Positions 52,576-64,000 of a stretch of DNA of 64,000 nt are shown piece by piece. Numbering within the stretch: position 1 is the stretch's first letter; every line of letters starts with the position of its first letter. The notes beneath the pieces were generated by a model. That model did no database searches and was not told the origin of the DNA. It saw only the letters and a list, made by a program, of their open reading frames with translations. Source of the DNA: Camelus ferus (lineage: Eukaryota); the NCBI RefSeq assembly GCF_009834535.1, contig NC_045696.1:109928001-109992000 (forward strand). Reading direction: 5' to 3'. The position numbers and the translations under genes are program-made.

Positions 52576-53210
52576 CTGTATTTCATCAAACCTAAGAAGC
52601 AACATACTATTGTTTTATGAACCTGTAAGGAAAAAAAATACTGCCAATTAATCTAGAACACAGTGCTTTCTTACATTTACAATGTTTGTTCTATACTATT
52701 GAAAGAGCCCCTTTGGTCTTACCTAGAAATTTTTATCGCTTATACCACACGGTGCATAATTGCCAATCCTTTCGCAAGCATCTCAGCGACAAAACACAAC
52801 CCAGTTTCATCCGCTTTACGAGGTCGTCTTTCCTTTAGTCCCACCTAGAACTTGGTTGCTGCTTTGGAGTATGGAATGGAGACCATTCCTGCAATGAGTG
52901 AACATTTGTTCCACAGATATCCAATTTCTGCCCCGCAGCTCTGCACACACAACCACCTTTTGTTTCAATGCTGAGTCACAGTGAATCCTTGTGAAGACTT
53001 GAACATGGCAGTTGAAGGTGCATAGTACCAACGATGCATGTGCCTCAAATAGAGAGATGAGATGAGCAACTACAACCGACACCCGCCCTGGTGTGGGCAG
53101 TGAGAACCACGTGTGAGTGCTGTCTGGCTGACGGCGACCGTAAGATGAATACTGGTCTCAGAGATGTTAAAATCAACAGAAGCTTCTCTAACAATGTAAA
53201 TCTAGAAGAA
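52576..53210 (-). mobile_element. Kanga-like (TcMar-Tc2/pogo) DNA transposon remnant
   Basis: Left end ctgtatttcatcaaacctaag; right part gtaagatg...tcagagatgttaaaat; minus-strand translation RIHCDSALKQKVVVCAE resembles a Brinker-type HTH of pogo/Tc2 transposases. Confidence 0.65.
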
Positions 53211-55894
53211 GATGTGTGCTTAAACAAAGTCCTACTTTCAAACTGTAGGAGGTAAAGAAAAAAACCAACTCCCTCGAAGCAGGATGTTGTAGCATTTTCA
53301 TCCTTTGCAACCCTTTCCAAGTGCTGCGTAGTGCTATTCAGACACTCCAGCTGGATATCTGTGCACTGGCAGCCACCCGGATGCAAACAGGTCTAACTAT
53401 GGAACTCCTGCAGGTGCTAACTTGGTATGACCCACAAAACTGTATCTTCACACTTGCCCTCCCCCTCCCGTGAGCTCAAAAGCAAATCTTCTGGTTTACA
53501 TAATGAATTATGTATATGAGCGTGAAGTGCTGATCATTTTAAAGGAAGAAAATCAGAATTAAACTATAGTTATTTTTTTTCAAACATGTGCTTAGCACAT
53601 ATGCCAAAGGAATGTGTAAAGGAAAAAGCCAAATTAGAAATTTATATCCATGTAAAAAAAATGGTTATATGACATTTAAAGTAAGATCTGACAACTACTG
53701 CTAGAGTGAAGGAGGCTCTTGGCTCCTTAAAGCCCTCTCTGAGCCGGGCTTGCCAGGTTCTGTTTGGCAGGGTGGGGGGATGTGGGGATCTGGTGAGGCG
53801 TGGGTGCCTGTTGGCATGGCAGGGAAGGCAATGCCATACTGTGGGCCTCTTCTCTACGTTAAGGATCTTGTATCTCTCTGCTGTCTGAGGTTCAGACCCA
53901 GGTCTGTCTAACCCCAAAATCCTGTTCCTTCCATGACATGCTATTTAAAAAATGGGCTGCTAGAATCCACATCAAAACCCTAATATTTCTATTCTGTACA
54001 GCTCATTGTAGTAAACAAGCTTCCTGGCCAAGCTCCCTTGGAGATGGGGCTGAGCGACGTTCCAGGGGACTAGCTCACCCTTCTGTGCCCTCCAGCACGG
54101 CAGGCGGCTCTCAGATGCCTGCATGTCAGTCAGTCTCCAGATGTGCCTCCCACTCAGAGGGTCACTGGCACACACGTGATGTGGTGAGTGCCACGCCCCC
54201 ACCACAGACATGGAGGTCTGAAATGATGTAATTTGTTGCTGATGTATGCCGTTCATACTTTCAAAATGGCTTCAAGGTGGTTTACAAGATGGGCGCAAGC
54301 ATAAGTCTTGTAACATAAAAACTGAGATTGAAACTTTACCGAGGGATCAGAAGATGAAAATGAGCTGAAGGAGAGGGTGGCAACAAACGCAAGAGGGAGA
54401 AGCAGAGCCACCTGGGAAACCCCATGCTGCTCGCCCTGCCTCCTGTGGTCTCATTGCTAAGCAACCTTAAAGGACACAAGCAAACCAGTGCTCCTCCAGA
54501 ATGTCAAGGCACAAAATCTGGGAGAAATCACGTGCCTGGTGCTTGTGAAGGAAAGAGTGGGAAACAGGCTGTTTGATTAAAAGGGATAGTAGGCAAGACA
54601 CAGCACTATTCTTTTTCTGAAAGGGAGGGCGTGAACGTAGCCACCGGAGCAGACAGCGAGGTTCCTGGCTGGCTCCTAGGCTGCCTCCCTGTGTGTAAGA
54701 AGTGATCATTTCTTCCCACTGCACTGCCTTTCTCCCAGTTCATGTCTCACACCTAGTAAGTCTCTGTCAAGCACAAGGGTGATAGAGTTGTGACAGACCT
54801 CACATGCCCACTTTGAGTTAGATTCAGGTCCTAATTTATGGTGTCAGAGATGAGAAGACTACAAGGGCAGAAGCAGATACAGCAGTCCTTGGCGTGGGAC
54901 CCCTGGCTTCCAGTTCCCTGATGGATAGGTTCTTAGGATATCTGAAGTCACACCAGATTCTGGTTATGTCACTGCTCTGGTAGGTTTGAGTCTTAGATCT
55001 TCATTTTGGAAGAACTAAGATTAACATAACATATGGTTCTGTTTAAGGAATCCTTACAAAAACAGGTGTTCCCTAACTCTTGAGCCCAAATCAGCATCAC
55101 ATTGCTCCCCATACATTCAACTTCATGGGGGTGGGTGGTGAAGGCAGCATTATCAATACCCTGGTATCCTTTAAACAACATCTTTGTCTCAGAACTTTTG
55201 GTAGTCTGGAAAGAGGTACCCCTGCCCTGTAGCCCAGCATGTCATTTTGCTGTTCAAAAATCTAGTTGGCTTCCTTCTAGTTTAAGGAGAAATTCCAAGA
55301 TCAAATCACATAGGTGGTAAGAGCTGGGTTTTCCAACTCTGATCGGAACTATGACTCCCCACCACACAGGAGGATGCATGTCAATACCTGACATTTTTAA
55401 AAAACAACTTTATTGTGGTATAATTTCTGTACAGTAAACTACATATATTTCAGATGTACAATTTGCTGAATTTTAATACCTAACATTTTTAAACCTACTG
55501 AAGAAGCTATGTTTCATGTGTCTCTTTAGTTACCATTTCTGTTAGGTTAATATGAAAATAAAGTTGTAAGCAAAATGCTCAAAGTAGTCACAGGATCATC
55601 CAATGGACACAATCTCCTTAAAGTATAAGGAGCGGGTAACATTGGCTTTTAACACGATGCCAACTCTGTATTCTAGGGTATTCTTTGTGTGCATCTAATA
55701 AATAGTTCTCCACATTGGCTTCTCACTAAAACCAACAGGATTGAAAAAACAAACAAACAAAGAAAAACCTCCCTGGATAAATCTAGTAAGAACTGCACAC
55801 AAAGTCTTCTGCTGTGGTCTCCATAACCCACCTCATTGAATGGAGGCTGAGAGGAACTGAGGTGGCAGAAACAATGAGGTCTTGCAATCAGATA

Positions 55895-57420
55895 GATTAA
55901 GTTTATTCCTAAGTATTTGATTATTTTTGATGTGATTTTATACAGGATTTTTAAAAATGTTCTCTTTCTGATATTTCATTATTAGTATATAGAAACACAG
56001 CAGACTTCTGTATATTAATTTTGTATCCTACAACTTTGCTGAATTCATGTATTGGTTCTAAAAGTTTCTGGGTGGAAACCTTAGGGTTTTCTATATAAAG
56101 TATCATGTTATCTGCAAATAGTGACAGTTTTACCTCTTCCTTTCCAATTTGGATGGTTTTTATTTATTTTTCTTGTCTGATTGCTGTGGCTAAGATTTCC
56201 AACACCATGTTAAATAGAAGTGGCAAGAGTGGAGATCCCTGTCTTGTTCCTGAATTTGGGGGAAATGCTTTCAGCTTTTCACCATTGAGTACAATATTGG
56301 CTGTGGGTTTGTCATAAATGGCCTTTATTATGTTATGTTCCCTCCATACTCACTTTGATGAATTTTTATCATAAATGGGATGTTGAATTTTGTCAAATGC
56401 TTTTTCTATGTCTATTGAGATGATCATGTGATTTTTATTCTTCCTTTTGTTAGTATATTACATTGATTGATTTGCAAATTTTGAACCATCTTTGTGATCT
56501 TGGAATACATCAAATCATAGTGTGTGATCCATCTTGATCATAGTGTATGATCCTTTTTATACATTGTTGAATTCACTTTGCTAGTATTTTGTTGAGGAAT
56601 TTCCCATCTATATTCATTAAAGATATTGGACTATAATTTTATTATTAGTTTTTTGTAGTGTCTTTGTCTGGTTTTGGTATTAGGGTAATGGTGGCCTCAT
56701 AGAGTGAATCTGGGAACCTTCCATCCTCTTCAACTTTTTAGAATAGTTTGAGAAGGATAGGTATTAGTTCTTCTTTATATGTTTGGTAGAATTCCCCTGT
56801 GAAGCAGTCTGGTCCTGGACTTTTGTTTTCTGGAGTTTTTAAAAACTTCAAATTCAGTTTCACAACTAGTGATCAGTGCTCAAATTTCTATTTCTTCTTG
56901 ATTCTGTCTTGACAGGTTGTATATTTCTAGGAACGTGTCCATTTCTCCTTGGTTCTCCAACTTGTTGGCATATAATTGTTCATAGTATTTTCTTATGATT
57001 TTTTGTATCCCTGTGGTATTGGTTGTTATTTCTCCTCTTTCATTTCTTATTTTACTTTGGTCCTCTCTATTTTCTTCTCAGTGAACTTGGCTAAAGGCTT
57101 ATCAGTTTTGCTTATTTTTAAAAAAAACAGCTCTTGGTTTCATTGATCTTTTCTATTTTTATCTCTATTCTCTTTATTTCCTCTCTGATCTTTATTATTT
57201 CCTTTCTTCTGCTGACTTTGGGCTTTGTTCTTCTTTTCCTAGTTTGTTTAAGTGGTAGGTTCAGTTGTTTATTTGTGATCTTTCTTGTTTCTTTCCTGTT
57301 TTTTGCTTGTTTCTTGAGGAAGGCCTGTATTGCTATGAACTTCTCTCTTAGAACTGCTTTTGCTGCATTTGCATGAAATATCTTATTCCATCCTTTCCCT
57401 TTCAGTCTGTGTGTGTCTTT
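55895..57420 (-). mobile_element. L1 ORF2 (RT region) fragment, degraded
   Basis: Antisense L1 text, e.g. tctgcaaatagtgacagttttacctcttcc, ttgaattttgtcaaatgctttttct, gtttggtagaattcccctgtgaagc. Confidence 0.9.
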
Positions 57421-57885
57421 GTCATCTAATAAAGGACTTTACATTTATGCACATGAATGTTGGGTCTTAATTCTCCCGTATTGCTTTATGATTTCTATTT
57501 TATTGTTTGTTGTTTTGATGTTTTTTCACTTGTTTATTTGTTTTTAAAGTATATATACTGTTATTACCTTGCTATAATTACATTTCTCTAATTATCCAAG
57601 CCAAACATGAAACTTTGAATCTCCTCCTCACCTTTACACCAATCCCACTTAAACAGGTAATTTATCAAGCTGAATGGGTCTTATCCATTTCTGTTTCTAA
57701 ACAATTGTACTTATTTAAACAATCTGTTCCAAACAACTACCACCAGAAAAAAAAAAAGTCATTTGTTCATTATCCTACTAATTGAATTTTCTAACTACCC
57801 CTGGTGCCAGTGACACTGGGTATCATTTATGTTTAAAATATTGTTTAAAAAATAAAACTGCTTAAAAAAACCACACATTTGATTT

Positions 57886-57886
57886 C

Positions 57887-57918
<32 letters not shown>
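57886..57918. repeat. (CAA)n microsatellite
   Basis: About 11 units seen directly. Confidence 0.95.
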
Positions 57919-59514
57919 AATTAAGGTTGTAATTAAGCTTTCTCATCTCTACTGTGTTTCTTATTCAAATAGAAAAAAAATGATCCTTTTTATCAAGCCT
58001 CTCAACATAAACAGAAATTACATTAGGTTATTTCATCTCTTGTCATATTGTTAGATCTGATGTGACTGGATTTAGATACATATTGACCATAATATTGTCT
58101 CCTAGATTAAAATGATTTTTAATTTAAAAGATATAAATAAAACTGCCTGAGGACAAATCAGAAAGTATCAGATTTAACTCTTTGTGTAATTACAAGAGAT
58201 CTTAGTCAGTTTCCACATTTTAGTTCCCTCTGTTATAGATGAAATAAGTCAGATCCCCTCACGACATATAACTTCAGATCAGCCTTAAGGAACCGAAGAG
58301 CAACACCAAGAACTCTTTCTCTCCCAGGACCTTACTCACCCCCACCATCTCACCCACCCTCTCCTGCTGGACAGATCCAGTTTTGCTGTCCTCCTGGTTG
58401 ATCCCAGGCCCATGACTTTTCTCTGGCTATTTTCCTACATCCATAATGACCTTTTCCATCCAGCATCTTTTCAAATCTCAGCTCAAATCTCAGTGATTTT
58501 CTTGACAACTTGCTTCTCTGAATGGCCAAAGAAGTGGAGGGTTGCTCTGCTTATTGAATCTTATCTGTTGTCTTATAATAACTATTTTTGTGTGTCAAGT
58601 GTCTCCTCAGTTTGATTATGGGGTCCTTCAGGGCAGAAATACTGTCTTATATTTCAATCTTGGAATTATAGGATTTCACGGTTGGGAAGAATCTCAAATC
58701 TCATTTATAGACTGAGGATCCGGAAGACCAGGGTTACAGTGCCAGGTCTGATTCTAAATCAATGACTTCCAAAGACTCACTTCATTTCTTTGAAACTGCA
58801 AAGTGAGGATGAGCTCCAAGCCACTTCAAAAGTCAACATTCTATGACTTGATGATAAGACCAATAGTTATTTTATAAAAAAAGGAACTGACCCCGAGCCC
58901 ATAGAGAGAAAATGACTTGCTCAGGTTAACAGAGTTAATTGATGGCCAAAATATAATTAAGAAGTTCAATTTCCTGATCTCGAGCCTTCTGGGAACCATT
59001 TCAGGACGCCCCTTGACTCTCTCAAAACACCAGCACGGACCTCAATAAGATGATGCTCAATGAAAACATATGGATTGACTTCCTAAGAAATTAACTCTCC
59101 AGAAAGATGCAACTGACCACAAACTTTGAACAGTCTTAAACATTTACTATTTATTTATTACAAAATTGTACAATTACTTCTCCATTTCAACTCCTAGGTG
59201 CTGATTCCTTTTATGCCATGTCAAAGATTAGCCCTATTTCCTGTTAAACAAGACTTATTCCTAACTCTGGAACTGTCTGCCAAGCTCTGTTGTCCCTTAC
59301 ATGTTTCTGATTTTCCACTTGCCCTTATCTGTTTCACGGAAAGACAAGTTACAACAGAGGCATATAATCTCTTTGGACTTCTGTCTCCTTATCTGTAACC
59401 AAAAGCTGTCGAAATGAATGTTCTTTAAAAGCCATTCTGACTCTAAGATTATTTGATTTTCTTTTCTGAATGAAGAGGCAGGAGCAGAGTAAGGATGGCG
59501 AAAGGAGAGGGGAT

Positions 59515-59830
59515 GTTTTAACTCTGGCTTCCCGCAAAGGCAGGCTGAGATATAACTTAAATATACGTAATTTATGGTGGAGAGTGATATCAGGGAACAG
59601 GTGTAGGGGATTGGAAAGAGTGAAAAAGCGAAGAAGAAGAATATTCAAGGATATGTAGTTGAGCTGATCACCACTGTGGACAACTAGGGTGCAGTCTTGC
59701 TGAGGATCCTTGGGAGAGCAAGTAGAATGTATCTTACTATCCTTCCAAGGGACAGAAGAGGGAAAATCTTTTCACTGACTCTTCCTTAGTGAAAGGGTGC
59801 CTGCCTCTTGGAATATTAACCTGCTCACAT
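59515..59830 (-). mobile_element. Old ERVL LTR (LTR16/LTR33-like)
   Basis: aggctgaga...aatttatggtggagagtgatatcaggg; similar to 32898-33310. Confidence 0.45.
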
Positions 59831-62800
59831 GTCAGAAGCATACATGTAACAGACTTTCCATACTGGAAGGTACTGTTCTAGATCTTTCTTTACAGAATTA
59901 GAGGCACTGCAAATAAGCCACAGGCTCCCAGAGAAGAGGACCTCACCCCACAGGAAGGAGTGCCGCACACGCGGAGAGCTCCCCAGGACTTTGCTGTCAT
60001 GGCATATGCAGTCATTCGAATCTGGCTTCAGATGAGGTCTTGATGAATTAGTGTCAGGGACTGAGAAGGTGATCTGATTCTATGACAAATGCTCAGGGAT
60101 TTGACACCTGGAGCACTACTAGGATAGATTCTCTTCTCTCAATTTATCTGCCGGAAATAGTTTACAAATGTGACACTAATGGTCACCCATTTTCCTAATG
60201 GTTCCTTGGTTAGGGGAATATGCTATGCAATGTAACTAATCAGCTTACAGGATAGAAAGAAGACTGAATCTAGGTGATTGATAATGGCTAAAACTGAAGG
60301 GCTTTAAGATGTACAGGTCCCCGCCCTCCCCCATCTTCAGAAAGTATTGAAATACACCAGAACCTGGCTCGAGATTTAATTTGGACCAAAAGCATTTCCC
60401 AAACAGGCTGATTATCATAGAATCAGGAAGATTTTATTTTAACACTATGGCATCTACCCGCCTCTAGGGAGCACCCTCAGTGAGAAGGAGCCCTCTGGTC
60501 TTGGTATCTCACTATTGATGTCTCCTGCCACGCACTCAACTCTTCCAGCGTTCCCTGTTTGTTGAGCATGACAACCATCCTCTGGAGCTGGTGGGAGTGA
60601 ATATGTTGATTCACATTTGGTGCCTATTTTCCCAGAAGTTTTCTCCTGTCAATTTTTGACATGGCTACAGAGACTTTTCCAGATATTCAGCATCCCCCTT
60701 CAATAGAATTCCTCCTTGTGGGATCTCTAAGCTGAAGCTGTAGCTTCCTCAAGCCTCCAAGAGATGAGACGATTCAACAGAGAAATGATTTTTCTCTCTC
60801 ATACGCTGCCTTTCCCAGTACAAAAAGTAGCTATTCCAGGGGCAAACTGGACAACTCAGCTCCCTCTAAGGATAAAACCCTCAGCCAGTAAATTGAATTC
60901 CAGGTTTCAGTATGTATTTTTGACACAAATTGACTTCTGGGTTAGTCTCTAGGTTCTTGAGACGTCCCCATTCTCCATCACTAGAATTCCCCTGACAAAT
61001 ATTAATAAGATTGCATCCTATGATTCTTGAGATTTAATTAGGTTTGTCCCCAGGGAAATACATGTATCATGGAACACAGGGGGTCATGCTTCTGGGGAAA
61101 CTAGAAGAGAAGAAAATCAATATGGATCCTTGGGGGAACCTCACAGACATGTAACTCACAGTCCATAAATGGCACTGATACAGTAACTAAAGGCAGATTC
61201 CATGTGCCTTCTGCTCCCCAGAGGGTTCTGACAGATGAAGAAAGGCAATATTTTGGCTGTTCAATGCACACTGCAGCCTGCACTGGATGTTTTGTTGTTG
61301 GTTTTAGGAAACAGAGTCATTTGTCTGGTTTCTGTGCCTTTATTAGAATGTTCCATCAGAGGAATGTTTCGTTAGGATGGTGAATTGCTCCATAAAGTCA
61401 TCAGCAATGGATGAGCCCTATTAAGTCTGGATCAAATCCATAACCAGGAGTTCTTTATTCCAGCCTTTTTTTCATCACCACTGAGACATTTGACGACAGT
61501 GAGCACCCCCAAATAAAGCAACCACCCACACTAAATGCCAGTATCTTTCTTTTAGTAAAATCTCTTGGTAGCCTGCAGCCTGACTTCTTTTACTGTGATT
61601 TCTTCCAAACCTAAGAGCTGAGGGACATGTGTGCAACTGTTTACCTTTCATTACAGACAAATGTAAACCTGTATAAAAGTAGGCAAAACAGTATTAGGAA
61701 CCTTCCACGTGCCAACAATGATCAACTCCTGGCCAGTCCTGTTTCATCAAAACCCCCATCCCCTTCCCTCCTTTCTCCCACTGCTCTGAGGTAAATTTCT
61801 AGACGTTATACAATTACAGCTATTTCTTAGGGATCTCTCTTATCCCCTGTGCCTGATATTTACCTTGTCTACTTCTCACCTCTAATGTTTAATTCTGAAG
61901 TGAATCCCAAATATCATACTTTTTAGGGATCCTTTTTGTCCCCCAGCCCAATATGTTATCAAGTTATTTGTTCATTATTTTTAAATAAACTGAACACGTT
62001 AAAAACACAGGTGTGACCTGGTCAGCATAGAAAGCATGAGTTAGAACCCAATCAACAAAGCAAGCTCCATTCTCTAGAAAAGGCTCACTTTAGCAGGAAG
62101 GCACAGTTCTGTATTTCATTTTAGCAAAAGCAACAAAACAAAGCAACAATCCTATGTCCAGCAACAACAACAAAAACTTTTTAAAAAAGGAAAAACCCAA
62201 GTTATACTCTGTCTGATCAGATGCTTTCCTGTAAAACCAGATGGTTTTATTGCCCAAGATTCTCACCTATGTCATTCTGGAGAAGGACGTTTCCAAGAGA
62301 GCTAACTATAACCCACATGTTACAAACAACATACTCTTTCTTTGTTTCTCTGTGCCCCTCACCCCCTCTCATATTCTCACACACACATACACAACTTGAA
62401 TATTGTTCCTCTCTGCTCAATCTTTCCCTGTGGAGACTCTAGATTTAGCTTCCTCCCACCTCTCTGCCTCCCCCGTGGAGTCTCTTGGCTGCAGCCACTC
62501 TCCATAGCAACATGGAAGGCTCACATCCAGCACGGCTGGCCAATGCACTGCAGGCTTCTGCACGGGAAGCAGAACTAGCAAAGAGAAAGCTTCTCATCAA
62601 AAGGCGACTTACTTATTTTTAAAAAGTTGTTTTCGCAAAAGGAATTGTGTATACCCAGCACATTTCAGGGTAGGTAAATAGCTACCTACAGTGTGATGGT
62701 GTTTATGTATCTGTATGTCTGTATTTATCTGTATATCTGTACGATGGTATTGATGACATTTTTAATGTTCCTCTTCCTCCTTCACATCATTGTGAGTTTC

Positions 62801-63170
62801 TTTTCAAAAGCAAAACTGCCAGATACAATGGATGAAAAGACAGGGAAACTCCTTGGAGGACCTACATCTTTCCCAGCATCCAGTTCCTTTTTCTGGGGAA
62901 TTTTAATCCTCTTTCTGTGGAGAGGATGTAAGGACACACTGCCCTCTAACCTTCCCCCAGGAAACCCTGGTCACAGCCTGGACGCATGTTTATTAGCAAG
63001 TAACCACCCCCTCCCAGGTCGTTCTGAGGTGGGTGCGCCTGTGTGTGCTGTTCTGGGAGGAGCTGAGCACAGGGCCCTGGGCCTTCACTTCGTGTGCCTG
63101 AGAGCTGTCATAAGAATTATGTGAACTTTTTCTTTGCCTTAAAAGAAAACAATAAATAAAAATTAGGCTA

Positions 63171-63349
63171 CTATATATATAAAAACAGATAAAAAACAAA
63201 TTTCTTCTGTATAGCACAGGGAAATATATTCAATATCTTGTAATAACCTTTAATGAAAATGAATATGTGTATATATATGTATGCATGACTGGGACATTGT
63301 GGTGTACACCAGAAATTGACACATTGTAATTGACTACGCTTAAATTTTA
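63171..63349 (+). mobile_element. Young 5'-truncated L1 3' end
   Basis: Same family as the 42349 copy; 13-bp TSD aaaaattaggcta (63158-63170) / aaaaatgaggcta (63350-63362), one mismatch. Confidence 0.9.
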
Positions 63350-64000
63350 AAAAATGAGGCTAACCAAGTAAAGGGAAGGGTAAGTAAAACCTCCCGCCAT
63401 GGCTTTCCCATGTGATTAGCAAAGCAGCCCAGAGTTGAAACGCAGGGTAAGGAGTGATTGGAGGCTGGGTGTCCTCCACTTCCAGGATTTCCCTCCTCTT
63501 TTCCGTTTGGGCTTTTCTGTGAGGCCTCACGATCCTGTCTGCAGAGACAAGACCCAGAAAAGCTCTGCCAGTCACTGCCAGGCTGTCACAGGCTCCAGGC
63601 ATTGATGTAGCAATGTGTCACCTGCTTAGAGAACAGTATTTATCTTTCTCAGCAAAGAGCCCCAACTTCATTTCCCAGATTCCTTCTCTGATTTTAGTGA
63701 CATGGACCTGGAAAATGTTCCAAGGCATCAGGCCACAGTGGCTAATTTTTTTTTTTAAAGGAGATGCCTTCCTTCCCCTCATATTCCCCCCATTATACAC
63801 ACAACATTGCTGGATTGAACACAGGAATGGGGGTTTTCACCAAATACTAGTGTTGACACAACACTCCAAGATGCTCTCACTTGATAATTTCCCCAACACT
63901 TCTTTACCACCTACTATACTCCAGACACCATACTAGATTATGAACATGGTTAAGAGAGTCCTGACACTCTTAGGCAGCTCAAGGTGGGGTAGTGGGTGGG

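Overview
Mammalian genomic DNA, very probably camelid: it carries four tRNA-Ala-derived Vic-1-type SINEs. Both genes lie on the minus strand. TMEM108 (retrolinkin) contributes its last three coding exons (30393-28968, 19941-19787, 15131-15009) and a ~1.7 kb 3'UTR; its ATG exon lies beyond the right edge. About 2 kb downstream are the promoter and exon 1 (11070-10582) of the lens filament gene BFSP2 (phakinin/CP49), whose remaining exons lie beyond the left edge. The rest is intron rich in repeats (L1, L2, MIR, LTRs, hAT and TcMar fossils, microsatellites). The main anomaly is a single frameshift in the large TMEM108 exon (~29878), either an assembly error or a real null allele. Other observations are candidate regulatory clusters, a possible poison exon, a phase-compatible TMEM108-BFSP2 read-through and informative retrotransposition junctions. 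I see no convincing wholly new biological system. Orthologue and repeat-consensus comparisons are from memory; repeat boundaries are approximate unless a TSD is quoted.
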